Positions 38,201 through 49,134 of a DNA stretch of 64,000 nt are shown piece by piece. How positions within the stretch are numbered: the first letter of the stretch is position 1; every line of letters starts with the position of its first letter. Source of the stretch: Oopsacas minuta (taxonomy: Eukaryota; Animalia; Porifera); contig JAKMXF010000365.1 of assembly GCA_024704765.1 (NCBI GenBank), positions 930,001 through 994,000 on the forward strand, read 5' to 3'. The notes beneath the pieces were generated by a model that made no database searches, was not told where the DNA came from, and worked only from the letters and a program-made list of their open reading frames with translations. A program made the translations under genes and the position numbers.

Positions 38201-41200
38201 GCGTGCTCCAATTTTCAATGAATTATTTAAAATGATGCTCGAGATTTGTTAGGACAATTGGGTGCTTTTTCAGTGCTTGAAATTAACAAACATACAGATT
38301 TATCATTTGATTTGGCGCATTGCTCCTCGAGGTATCCATTATTCTCCAAATTGACGGGCCCCCTTTGAATATAATAATATAAATATATTTAGAATAATGT
38401 AATTCACAAATATACGTATATGGCATATATATTATTGAATTATTTTGTAAGATCAACCCCTTTGTAGCTGTTTAGAGCAAGGATCTACGTATATTTTGAG
38501 ATTTTGCTAATTTGTTTACTTTATATTCATAAAACAACAATAAATTTACATATGATTAATCCAAGGGTGTGAACATCGGATTCAGCATGTTCGATATATT
38601 TTGTGAAGTTTTATTGAATTCTATTTACTTCCTTGATAAACACGATTAATACATAGTTATGCGATAATTTCAAAATTGCACACGTAAATGCTTTCCTTGA
38701 CAACGGACAAACAGACAACAATTGAGATTTAATAATATAGATTATTACCTTACTTTCTGGCATATACTTCGAATGATGTCATTCATAAACTACAACGATT
38801 CAAGATTTATAGGGTAGACAAATGTCCCGAGCTGTAAAATAAGATTCCTCCGCGCGCCTGCAGGATCAAGGATTATCCACCATTTTCCTCGTATTCGAAA
38901 CCTTAAATATTTTGTGGCTTAACTAAGTCACCAGCTTCAGCATTTTGGTAGATAATAATTAACTCTGGCTCTATTAAGCGGAGTCTACTGTATTTATGAT
39001 TCCTATATATCTACGCATGAAGTACGCCCAAAGGTCAATTCAAGTCAATCGAAATTTAGAATATCTAAATTAGGGCGAACGTACATGTCACACATTATCC
39101 ATGCAATAAATACATGTTATATATTGCAATAGGAGCTGATATAAGAATAGAGCTCATCGCGAACTACGTAGTTCACGAGCTCATATAAATGGGAACTAAC
39201 ATACTGTTATTTCTATACTCTGTAACATTAATGATTGTTTTAGTGTATCCATGGTACACGTAATATGGATAGAATATCGAGTATGAGGTTATCAGAGCAG
39301 TGTTTGCTAGGAAAAGAACAATTTGAAAAAACGGCTTTCCTCCCTACATAATGAGCAGAATTTGTAGTGTTATCCTGAAATATGTGAAGAATTAAACATA
39401 CCAATATATATAAATAAAGCAATTTGAAACGCCATCTATACGTCATTATGTATCCATACATATTTACCAATTAACCGCTAAATGTATACATGTATTAAAT
39501 ATCATCAATTAGAAGGTACAGTCATATTTTAAAATTGGAATAGTCAGAAACTCAGAATTATTTATGGGAATGGCGGACAGTTCGTCGAACACATATTATA
39601 GAACCCCGAGAAGAAAAATTCATAGTAAATTCCCAAATATCTCAATTATATTATAATTCAGATTTATTATCGGAATAATAGTGACCAAGATACACATATC
39701 CTCGTATAAATGCATTGTAATTCACTAATTCGATAAAAATGCCATATCAACAACGAGATATCGCTTTAAAATTCCCTATCAACCAACAGTAGGGTAGCCC
39801 AGAACCCCGACTATATGTCCAGCAAGTTTGGGCACCTGACAAAATGTTCATTCGACGAAGTGTCCGTTTATCGATTTATGGAGATCTTTTCCGAGATCTC
39901 AATGCCACTCATAAAGTATATAGTCTTTTTGAACTCTTACAGAGAGAGATGACATTCTATAAATATGCTATAAAACGTAACAAACCTGAGTTGCAGCAGT
40001 TGCTATTGCATCCAGAACCTTATCATTCCAAGTGTTCTCATCTTCTCCCCTAATCTGCATCTCTCCAGAGCTCCAAGTAGCACAATGGTAATGAGCCTGT
40101 AGGTGATCTCTGTTGTTATCCTCAATAGACTCATCGTCTCGCTTCATGTCACAACGCTCAACTTGGTCAGGAATCAAAGAAGGTTGAACTTCACAATTGG
40201 TAGACACCTTCAGCGGCTGAGATAGTGGATAGTTACGTGTGTGAATGTGGATACTAGAAACATATTAGTTCAGCTAATTGGTAAATCAGGAACTCCTATC
40301 TATGTCATGTATATGCACAGGGGTACAGGGGTACAGGGGTACAGGAACTACCCGACGCAAATTTACGTTACTATTTAGTTGGAGTGTGACGGCCAAATTG
40401 TCGAAACGGATATGTTCATAAAATTCAGCATTTTCTAGTGATCGAAGATGGCGTTTATGCAAGTTACATCGAAAATTTTGATACCTTGAAGTATTGTAAA
40501 CAAACAATATTGCACTATTTGTGATAAAGACACAGTATAACAAACCCTTTTCATTCAGTTTTTTTTCAGAATTTGTTATACGGACTTAAAACCATACATC
40601 AACCAGAGTGAAGAAATTTCGGGGCGGTAAGCTTTATATACACGGAACTGTGACGTAGCATATCACTTTAGCTAGCCTGCCAACGCGGACATGACACTCA
40701 AAATATGTCTGAATACATTGAGACATTAGCAGCAGGTGTGTACAAAGATGAAAATAGGTGGTAGGGTCACAGGAAATTGAAGTAGTGGCCATGGCCTTTC
40801 CTGCCCCCTTTAAACCCTCTATAGATTAGGAAACTGGGAGATTGAACCTTGTAGTTTATCTAGGTGCTTGGCGACACCTAAAAGTACCAGTTCAGCAGGC
40901 ATAAAGGATTTAAAAAATGTAACATCCCAGGAGAGTCCCTACAAAGAAAAGTTCCGGTTGGACCCCTCCCCCTTTCAGCCCCATTGATTTTATAACCCAT
41001 GGAAAGTTTCTAAGAATATTCATCTAAGTACAAGCCATCTAACTATGTGACAATCATATATTAGAATATATAAGATAGAGTAGAACAACCCATATAAGCG
41101 GACCACATGGCTAGCAGATTGCATTACTGTGGTATTGCACTGGATTATACAGTGGTTTAAGTATTGTACCAGTGGAATGTTTAGCGACGATAGAGAGCTG

Positions 41201-44200
41201 TTGGTATTCACTGAACTGACAGTTAACTTCAAAGAAGCTGTCATAACTATCAAAGCTAGTGACGCCATTCAACAAATGTATTTGTATCACGACAAACAGT
41301 CCCGTCTCCTGATGCTGAGTTATGAAACAGAAGAGAAGGTCAAAGAGATAGCTCTAGCTAGGATAGAGGGTAGCCCTATTCTACAACAAGGAGGAGTAGA
41401 GAGCGTGGATGGGAGGGTGTCTATAAGGGTGTCTCTAGAGAAATGCTCTCTATGTTCTCTGATGACATCAATGAAGCAGAGCAGTAGTGTGAGTGAGCTG
41501 TGTATTTCCAGAGGAGGAGAGAGATTGAGAGTGTCATGTGCATTCTGTGGTGAGACCCTGACAAGAGAGGGAGGAGGGAGAGTGAAGAGGATACGCCCCC
41601 TTCCTTCAGAAGGATGGGAGTGCATGGCAGAGGAGTGGTTCTGTCACCCGGTGCTTGACTCAGAGGGAGAGAGCGTGTCTCCTATGGAAAATGTAGAAAA
41701 GTTGTCTCTTAAGCCGCGTAAGGATGACGTATTCTACACAGAGATGTTCTACTTACTGAGTGGATATAATGTGTGTAAGAAGGGGAGTCATAGGAAGATA
41801 GAGCTAGGGAACAAGCGGGAGGGATTAACTGTAACTTGCGAGGTATGTGATCAGCTGTTAGGAAGTGAGTATGAAAATTGGGTAGAGTTGTATCAATGTC
41901 AAGTACAGCTTAAACTGAGTCCACTAGTGGGGACGGCCATAGCAACACAAGTGGTGAATAGGCATGTAGAGAGGATGGTAGGTCAACTGTGTAGAAAGCT
42001 GAGACTGGAAGGCCACGTCTGTAGAGTTATAGTCAAACCTTTTGAAGCTGACCCCATGCATGTGATCCTCCCAACCGGCCTCAAGGACCCTTGGCCTACC
42101 TCCAGAGTACTGGGGTTCCTCTGGTTGCTTGAGCCCGAGTGGAGCGTGTCTGTCTTCAGCTCGCGGAGAGGCAGGAGCGAGTATGAGAGTGGGAAAGTAG
42201 TACAGCTCATGTATTTGACTAGGATAGAGGGTAGAGAGAGGATAGAAGCGTTTCCTTGGGAGCTCTGGTTAACTGACAATGAAGCCTACAAACTGGAAAT
42301 ACCTTATTCCATGTGTCAACAGCTATTCCAGCAACTGCTGAGATCAAGCTGTCTCCTTCCTCCCCAACACAAGTCAATGGGTACCAGCATGAAGTTAGGG
42401 TTCTTACGTACAGTTTAGTCAAACAGCTGTTATACAACCAAATGAACATTGAGGAATTTAAAATATCTAGCTTATACTATTTCTATTTGAATAGAGTTGA
42501 AATATTTTAGAGGTAAAACCAGGGATTGTAATTTGAGAGTAGTGAGATTATTTTAAATTGTATTTTTATGAGAATTTTATCCGCTGTTACTTCTTTTGGT
42601 TCTGAAAAATTGCCTGAAGAAATTCCGAAAAATTACATTAATATCTGACCACAACAGATATTTTTGAATTATTGTAAATACACGCATTAATAGCTGCTAT
42701 ATAGTAGCTCAAAATCTAAGAGATAAGTCAAAAGTTTCAACAAAAATTCTGATAAGTGTCAGTGATCTAAGTTCTGACGTAATAAAACTTCCATATTCTT
42801 TTTGAATTTATTTATTCATTTGTAGTATAGTATTGTTTTTATTTATTTAAGTCCACGGGACTTCTACATTCTTCTTCTTTAAATAATTAGCTCTCCATAC
42901 GTGATATTAGCTTTATCCATCTCAATATTGATAAAATACACAGAAAAATAAAATAATATATTTCACTTTCGCAATCCAGAAACTCCCTCATAACCTGGGA
43001 AACCTTAGTAATCCCTAGTGCACCCGGTATTCCAGGAAAACACTTGAAATGGAATCGAATGGGTTTCATAAATAGTAGGCGGCGATCAGGAATAATACTC
43101 CCTAATGAAATTATTACCCTCCAAAGGAATAACAATAATAATAATAATAATCTGATAATGTCCTTCGTTAGAACATATTAGAACTGTGATAGAGATTTGT
43201 AATCAAATAATCATGCAATTTATATTATTTTAAGCTATAGTATATTATAATAAAGCCTTAAATTCGGGGCAGTATTTCATCTAAACGCCTCGTCAGAAGG
43301 GGCTAATTAGCTCTTTGAAGCATTAGGGGAGGGGACTTAATTACGGACCACTCCCATAACTCGAGGCTTGATTCAACTCTGTATGCTGAAAGCTGAATCA
43401 TAAGTCGAACTCGAGCCATTTTGAGTGGGCACCTACCCAACCTGGAATTTATGCTCCCATCCAGATTCACCTCCACCATAATACAAAAGTATAAGGCGGG
43501 TGGGCAAGACGTCATCTCTGCCCACCCTGACTCGGGAGCCTAGTTCCGCCAATCTGCTGAATACAGGGTGAGCATGAGGTTTACCAAGAATTATATAATT
43601 ACTATTCAGGACCTTAACAAGCTTGTAAAGCAGATCCTGGCATCGTTAGTGTAATAGTGCACTGGATTTAGCTAAGGTTTTACAGAAGTAGAAGTTTATC
43701 AACGCTGGAATAAATACGTGGCTAGCCTTGCGCTAATCATAGATAACTCTGTACAAACAACCTTTAGGGTGTGAACCTTGGGCGTTGGCCAAATTCTGAA
43801 TTTGGAGGTAAAACATTTCGTTCAATGGCATTCCGCTAATCGGCAGTAAATCCCAATCCAACAACTACAGGAGGGGATCCTCTAGGAGTACCTTAAACAC
43901 GCGATAGCGAAATAATACTATTCCTGAATATATATACACGGTATATCATACATACTCTAGTTGCAGAGATCATGATCAAATATTGTATGCCAGTGATTAC
44001 AATTTTTCGTGTTTAGAGTTGGGACTCAATATTTCTCGGTTCTATAGAACTGATGACTCAACAATTAGAATGTATAGTGTGAGGTGTATAACTAACCTGT
44101 TTCTGTCATTCTCCTCTGGAGAGTCCCAGGAGTGGAAGAAGACTCTTGCAGGAGGGGGAGAGAGCTGGAAGGGAGACATGTCAATAGGAAGAGTGTAATC

Positions 44201-44308
44201 AGAGGGGTAGAGTAGAGAGAGGAGTGGACCCTGTCCTAAACTGTTAGAAGCTTGACCACACAGCCGGCATTTCTCTGAAGCGGCCAGATTTGAACTACTG
44301 TTCTCCAT
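16117..44308 (-). CDS. KMT2C: Histone H3K4 methyltransferase KMT2C/D (MLL3/MLL4, Trr+LPT) ortholog; 32 exons, ~2660 aa
   Basis: Phase-consistent GT-AG exons (5'->3'): 44308-44097, 40253-39986, 30494-30390, 29746-29695, 28318-28156, 28001-27893, 27806-27616, 27550-27451, 27080-26688, 26376-26149, 26098-26000, 25658-25372, 25305-25141, 24539-24212, 24148-24087, 23742-23426, 23086-23013, 22796-22767, 22556-19470, 19415-19305, 19252-19022, 18763-18546, 18485-18371, 18304-18044, 17924-17877, 17814-17678, 17530-17332, 17268-17152, 17079-17006, 16749-16728, 16640-16554, 16209-16117 (7983 nt). Domain order ePHD, PHD cluster, second PHD cluster, HMG ([14 protein letters not shown]), ePHD, FYRN/FYRC, WIN (GSARTE), SET ([22 protein letters not shown]), post-SET ending CRKWMN is diagnostic of KMT2C/D. 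The acceptor of the large exon (22556 vs 22535) is uncertain. Confidence 0.93.
16501..16529. repeat. (AC)n microsatellite in last KMT2C/D intron
   Basis: 14 AC units. Confidence 0.95.
19470..22556 (-). CDS. KMT2C: KMT2C/D large central exon (1029 codons, Pro/Ser/His/Tyr-rich disordered region)
   Basis: Contains ORF 19461-22499; donor AAG|GTACAT at 19470; in phase with the flanking HMG and ePHD exons. Confidence 0.85.
24212..28318 (-). CDS. KMT2C: KMT2C/D PHD-finger cluster exons
   Basis: [31 protein letters not shown]; [15 protein letters not shown]; WIHAKCD; [59 protein letters not shown]. Confidence 0.92.
28872..29297 (-). mobile_element. Non-autonomous Helitron-like element with expanded (GACA/GATA)n microsatellite
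   Basis: Minus-strand 5' end A|TCTATCTTATTAA, then (TCTG/TCTA)n and TTTGTCCGTTGTCAAGGAAAG; collinear with copies at 38464-38741 and 48370-48660. Confidence 0.7.
30684..30870. mobile_element. Tigger/pogo-like MITE
   Basis: TA|CAGTCAACTCCAGTTG ... TTCGATATAACAGAAGTTGATTG|TA. Confidence 0.75.
31541..31675. repeat. Minisatellite, 5 x 27 bp
   Basis: Unit AATTACATACATACCCTTAGCCGTGTT, contiguous, one mismatch in the first unit. Confidence 0.95.
34634..35214. mobile_element. Multi-layer inverted-repeat (foldback / nested MITE) structure
   Basis: Arms 34634-34700/35149-35214 (~85%), 34711-34735/35123-35147 (24/25), 34736-34753/35103-35120 (17/18), 34776-34820/34999-35040. Confidence 0.8.
38464..38741 (-). 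mobile_element. Helitron-like non-autonomous copy
   Basis: 5' A|TCTATATTATTAAATCTC..TTTGTCCGTTGTCAAGGAAAG; same core as the 28872 and 48370 copies. Confidence 0.7.
41177..42418 (+). CDS. UBE3D: E3 ubiquitin-protein ligase E3D (HECT_2 family), intronless, nested antisense in KMT2C/D intron 1; first ATG 41177 (413 aa)
   Basis: VFTEL N-terminus, [57 protein letters not shown], terminal [16 protein letters not shown] match UBE3D. Confidence 0.88.
   Translation: MFSDDRELLVFTELTVNFKEAVITIKASDAIQQMYLYHDKQSRLLMLSYETEEKVKEIALARIEGSPILQQGGVESVDGRVSIRVSLEKCSLCSLMTSMKQSSSVSELCISRGGERLRVSCAFCGETLTREGGGRVKRIRPLPSEGWECMAEEWFCHPVLDSEGESVSPMENVEKLSLKPRKDDVFYTEMFYLLSGYNVCKKGSHRKIELGNKREGLTVTCEVCDQLLGSEYENWVELYQCQVQLKLSPLVGTAIATQVVNRHVERMVGQLCRKLRLEGHVCRVIVKPFEADPMHVILPTGLKDPWPTSRVLGFLWLLEPEWSVSVFSSRRGRSEYESGKVVQLMYLTRIEGRERIEAFPWELWLTDNEAYKLEIPYSMCQQLFQQLLRSSCLLPPQHKSMGTSMKLGFLRTV
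43300..43900 (-). mobile_element. Degraded retroelement RNase H-like remnant (DIRS/Ngaro-like)
   Basis: Broken frames give SHVFI..VD(N)[45 protein letters not shown], resembling the RNase H HVLI.TDN...HIPG.LN..AD.LSR pattern; stops and frameshifts present. Confidence 0.35.
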
Positions 44309-44318
44309 GTGACGTCAC
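44309..44318. promoter_or_regulatory. Perfect CRE/ATF palindrome GTGACGTCAC abutting the KMT2C/D start codon
   Basis: Occupies positions -1 to -10 relative to the ATG at 44308; an in-frame upstream TGA supports this ATG as start. Confidence 0.45.
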
Positions 44319-44740
44319 GAGAAGCTAAGGTCGCACTGAGCTAAGACTTAGTATTATTTACATGTAAGTTACGATAAAGGATAATTAATAGAGTTATAGG
44401 GTAGTGTTTGTTATACTGCTATAGTAAGAAATACACTAAAATAACAAATTGATTGTAGTAAGATCATGGCAGATATTATGATGATATGGTACCTTGCTTA
44501 GGAAATAAAACGTGTATTAGACATGAAACTAAGTATTGAAACAAAATAGTATTGAGTGTATAGAATAATTTCAACTAAACTAAATATTTGTATTTCATAT
44601 TATCCATGGTTTAACTAATTTGTTTAGGTTATTACTGTACAATTGAAAGGTTTGTTAAAAATATTATTAATTTTGGTATTAATTAATAATCGACCATCCC
44701 ATAAATTCATTCTATAATCTCTGATTTATTCGATATATTG

Positions 44741-44909
44741 CAGGTCTAAACCTGAGAAAATTCAAAATCTTGAGATTCGTGAAAATTCTGAAGATTTAAT
44801 CGTGAGACATATGATTTAGTATTAGTTTTCTATGAAAAGACCAGATTTTGTTGTATGTGCAGATGCAAAATCTTGTGACACACTACGAGATCGTGAGAGT
44901 TGAGGGCCC
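44741..44909. mobile_element. MITE, same family as 55749-55871
   Basis: Shares TTTAGTATTAGT..TGAAAA and the terminal ATCGTGAG.GTTGAG.GCCCTG with the reverse complement of the 55749 copy. Confidence 0.55.
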
Positions 44910-45243
44910 TGATATCGTCACGATTTGGCATCACGGATTGAGAGCCTGTCCCTTCGGCTACAAATTTGCTAATATGATTGAAAGCGATTTAATTTGAAAG
45001 ATTTTTGTGGATGGTAAAATACGTTACTAAAGATGGATTAAGATTCTAAGATTGTCAGAATGTGAAATTTACGAATATTCAAATGATATATCCTTAGGAC
45101 GGTCTCCAGGTTGACCTAAGTAAGATTAATGCGGAAAGTCTATCTGAGCCTGAAAGTGATGTTTAGAGAATAATACAAAAGATAAACAAAATTAATCATT
45201 TTTAATGTCCGCTTTTGGGTAATTTAGAACGTATATATATATA

Positions 45244-45423
45244 TAGTAGATTCTCATTAATACGAACACGGTTAAGGCGTAACTCCGGATAAAGAGTACA
45301 AATTTGTACACTTTATCAGTCCCCTTCGATGCCTTTCCAATGTAAATTAGTTCGGATAATACGTACTCCGGATAAGAAGTACGATATTTGGCAGTCTCCT
45401 GGTGTATTAACGAGAGTCTACTG
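45244..45423. mobile_element. Tigger-like MITE
   Basis: TIRs TAGTAGATTCTCATTAATAC / GTATTAACGAGAGTCTACTG. Confidence 0.7.
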
Positions 45424-45602
45424 ATTACCAACACTAGACTTATAATTACTTAGATCTACAAGTGATATCAGTACCATTTAATATATTACGTATTTCTTGA
45501 CTTTTCTTTATCCTACCCTGGAGCTTACATAATATAATTATAAAATATCAATGATTGAATAACTCAGATTTACAATCAAAATACTAAGAAGCAGTTCTAG
45601 TC

Positions 45603-46350
45603 CTAATAGCAAAGTTTAATTCTGTTTTGGTTGCTTTGTGAGTTTGCACTATATATCACACCCTCCAATATCTTTAAAGTAATGCTCATTTTGTGCTTCA
45701 ATGGTCTTACCTTTTTCATTTGAGTGATAACAGTTGTCTTCATTTCTTCAACAAGAGATACTACATGATCCTGAGAACCGTGTAGAAACCCGTATACCTG
45801 CATGAGCTGTCTTAAAGATCTACCAGCCATCATTCTCGTGAATACATTCTCTCCTCCATACTTCTCACTAACATCAGATTTCTCGAAGCATAATTTAGCA
45901 GAACTTTTGCAATAATAAGTAACTCATTCCATTTGGACTAGGAATTACGTCATTTTTTACTGGTAATTTACAATAAACCAAAAATCTATCATTATAGACC
46001 ATGGAGTCGAGTCTTCAGCATATAACCCATTAAGTTGCTCTCTCCCTACACGTAGTCTTTATCTAAACGCAATCTATAACTATCTATAAACAATTCATAA
46101 CGAGAATTTCCAGAAAGACCTACGGCCCATGCATCTGGAGGTGGTAATTTCAATTTATCTGATATTCCAGCTGTTATTGATTTAGGCTCAGACGTAGTCG
46201 TTTTTCTTGCCAGGGCAGGTTTCTTGTGGATTTCGCAGTGTTGTTTTGATGCTCTTTACTGCAGTAAAACGTACCTGCACAAAGTCAACGGTGTATTTTA
46301 GTATCAACCTTACATATTTGACATGGTCCTAGTGAAATAACTGTTGCCAT
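45603..46350 (-). pseudogene. MYND zinc-finger protein pseudogene with conserved C-terminal domain
   Basis: ATG at 46350: CQICK...*LCAGTFYCSKEHQ/HCEIHKK (MYND); then LPPPDAWAVGLS..YELFIDSYRLRLDKDYV*GESNLMG/LYAED..DFLVYCKL..VIPS/..LCFEKSDVSEKYGGENVF..MAGRSLRQLMQVYG. Two in-frame stops and at least three frameshifts. Confidence 0.75.
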
Positions 46351-47099
46351 AAGTCTTCGAAATATATTCTATAAAGATATTAAAGCTGAGGGCTAATATA
46401 TTCTGGATATAATATAAATTATTTCAAGAAAGTACATAAATATCTTAGTTAGGAAAACATAGGACGGGGAGGGATAACGGCGAGTCGGAAGTTTGAATTC
46501 GCTAAACCGACCAAATTTTCATGTTCCAACGAGTATCGGATTATGCAGGTTCCACTGTAAGAGGGGTATCAGTATCTAAAAAGCTTGATAATTAACTAAT
46601 TAGAGAAAAATCCAGTTCAACAACCAGACCAAGGTCTAGCTCTAAAACACCCTACAAACAATCATGAGGTAGTCTGCATCCGTACAAAATCTTCTGGAAG
46701 CTTGGACAATAATCTGAGAAAAATCCCTGTGCTACATACAATCCAAATGGTTCAAATTTGTCGCTTGAAAATCACAGAATAGTGTAGAATAACAGTTGTC
46801 AAACTTTCGTTATGACATTTCACGTCGTTGATTATCAATATGTAAAATGTGTACCCAATTTACAAAACTAAAGTAATTTCGCCTAGAAATTTCCTTCACT
46901 ACTTTTTGATCTCTTTTTCTTGGCAAGAGGGAGGTAATTATCCAGCCTGAACAGTGGCATCAGATGGAAATAATTTTTGCCGCGGCCCAATAATTATATT
47001 ATCAAAAGTAACATTTATGCGTATTTCCAAATTTGATAAATTTGGAATGGAATATTAGAGTCCATAATGAAACTGTAAATAGAAATATATAGTTCTCCA

Positions 47100-47360
47100 G
47101 ATAAGGCGTCTAGTGGCAGAATCATGTCTCAAGCCGCTTGAAAACATTGGACAGCCGCACAAAGGTGGTAATTTCGCTATTTTTAGGTCAAAGGTTTGGC
47201 TTACTGCTTCGGCTAGCCCATTATCGGCCGATTCGCTACATATGGGAATACTGGATATACAGCGGCACGCCAATTTTAGAATCTTATCCTTGTCCCATCT
47301 TAACGTATTATTGTGATAACAGTGGGCCGTGCTATATGAGCCGGGAAATACCGTCAAATA
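47100..47360 (-). mobile_element. Possible LTR-retrotransposon integrase remnant
   Basis: CISSIPICSESADNGLAEAVSQTF resembles the rve HITSSPYHP.SNGLAER.VQTF motif; short and degenerate. Confidence 0.3.
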
Positions 47361-47402
47361 CAGAGATGTGATATCATCTTTCGTTATAGCTCAGCATGTT
47401 TA

Positions 47403-47681
47403 CAGGGGCGTAACCGAGAGGGCGCAAATGGGCCCCACTTCTCACTCTTGTGACCTATAGTGATCTCAATTCACCGTCTATGGCGAGATATATTTCACAA
47501 ATATATTTAAGTGGATTATTGAAAACTATAATGTTTCACTAAATATCCATTTTAGTAAGATATTAAAGCGTATGTGAATATTCGTGTTAGACAAATATAT
47601 ATACCCACACAAGGTAATGCACCCTTACCAGTGGTTCGCGCACCCTCGTGCCCCTAGTAAAAGAGGTTGGCTGCGCCCCTG
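47403..47681. mobile_element. hAT-type MITE
   Basis: TIRs CAGGGGCGTAACC / GGCTGCGCCCCTG; flanking 8-mers CATGTTTA / TCTGTTTA (6/8, putative TSD). Confidence 0.7.
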
Positions 47682-48369
47682 TCTGTTTATCAATATTCAA
47701 CTAATTACTTCTGAAATTTTATTATTTCCTTTGTTGCAACCGAAAAACCCTACTAAACCGAATGGCCGATTTCAGTGATACATTTAAAATTTGGTTTCAT
47801 TCCTCAGCATAAAATACAATTTGCATACAAAATAATTTCCAACGTAAATAATTATGATTTTAAGGCCAATAGTGAAAATATATACTTATTCTTGTGGGTA
47901 AAAGCGAACAAGTGCGAGGTAACAAATGTGCGACAATTTTAGATTTAACAGTATCGATTCCTATATTATTGGCAAACCTTGCCCTGTAATTAAATAAGTT
48001 CGATGCTAGTTTAGTTAATCCATCCTTTCTTTCTATTTGCTATAATAATACTTTATAGTAATATAGTTTGTGTAATGTATAATTGTGACCTAATTCCACA
48101 CTACTATGATTCCAACAATACAAAAGTATATAAATGCTTAACGAATTCAACTGAATTCTTCTTATAAACAATAATACAACTCAATTGACCTTTATGATTT
48201 TTACGCAACCCATTAGATTATCGTCGAAATTAGGCGTATATAGCGCGTACCACGCACCTAACTCTCAAAATTTTCTTGCTCCTAACTATAAAAATTCTTT
48301 GTAAATACGCGTCTGTAGGCGCGCGTAGCGCTCCTGGATGAAAGCCTGAGCGTACTTAATTACCCCTGG

Positions 48370-48660
48370 GTAGCTGTTTTGAGCAAGCCTGTACGTATAA
48401 TTGAGGATTGGATAATTTGTTTACTTTATATATATTCATAAAACAACAATAAATTTTAATATGATTAATCCAAAAGTGTGAAAATCGGATTCAGCATGTT
48501 CAATATATTTAATTTGGTTTTATTTGAATTCTATTTACTTCCTTGATAAACACGATAAATACATAGTTAAGAGACAATTTCAAATTTGCATACCGTAAAT
48601 CCTTTCCTTGACAACGGACAAACAGACAGACAGACAACAAATGAGATTTTATTATATAGA
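48370..48660 (-). mobile_element. Helitron-like non-autonomous copy
   Basis: 5' A|TCTATATAATAAAATCTC, short (TCTG)n, TTTGTCCGTTGTCAAGGAAAGG; collinear with the 38464 copy. Confidence 0.7.
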
Positions 48661-49134
48661 TTACAGAATAGATAGATATATTTGATCACTTAGTTTGAAC
48701 TGCCATAAATTGTGCTCAACTTTGCTTGGCATGGAGAACAAATGTAATCTCTAGGGGAGTTGTTCTCGTAATGTATATTTGAGGGGTTCTCGATCCCCTC
48801 AAATTAACTTTATTTACTCTGCGATCATCACAATTCAAGACCGCCCCACCTCTCTCGAGCTTCTGATTTTACTAAATTATTAAGAATCTGAATAATTGAT
48901 CCGGCCTCGTAATATGAAATATTTAGTATTAAATATTATTCAATAAATTTACTATTTCTTTACTGTTTTTTAGTTATTAATTTACAAAGATTAAAGAATT
49001 CTTGTTAGTAAAATTAATTATTGATTCAATACAGTAATTATCTAACGATTGGTAAAACTAATGTCCTTCTCTGACAAGTAATATTAAAATACATATAAAG
49101 TTCTGAATTATATATCTGATTGTACTTATTCATA

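Noticed and set aside
40286-40543. 85-aa minus-strand ORF just upstream of KMT2C/D exon 2
   Set aside because: No recognisable motif, includes a 9-bp x3 repeat, and not needed for the spliced frame.
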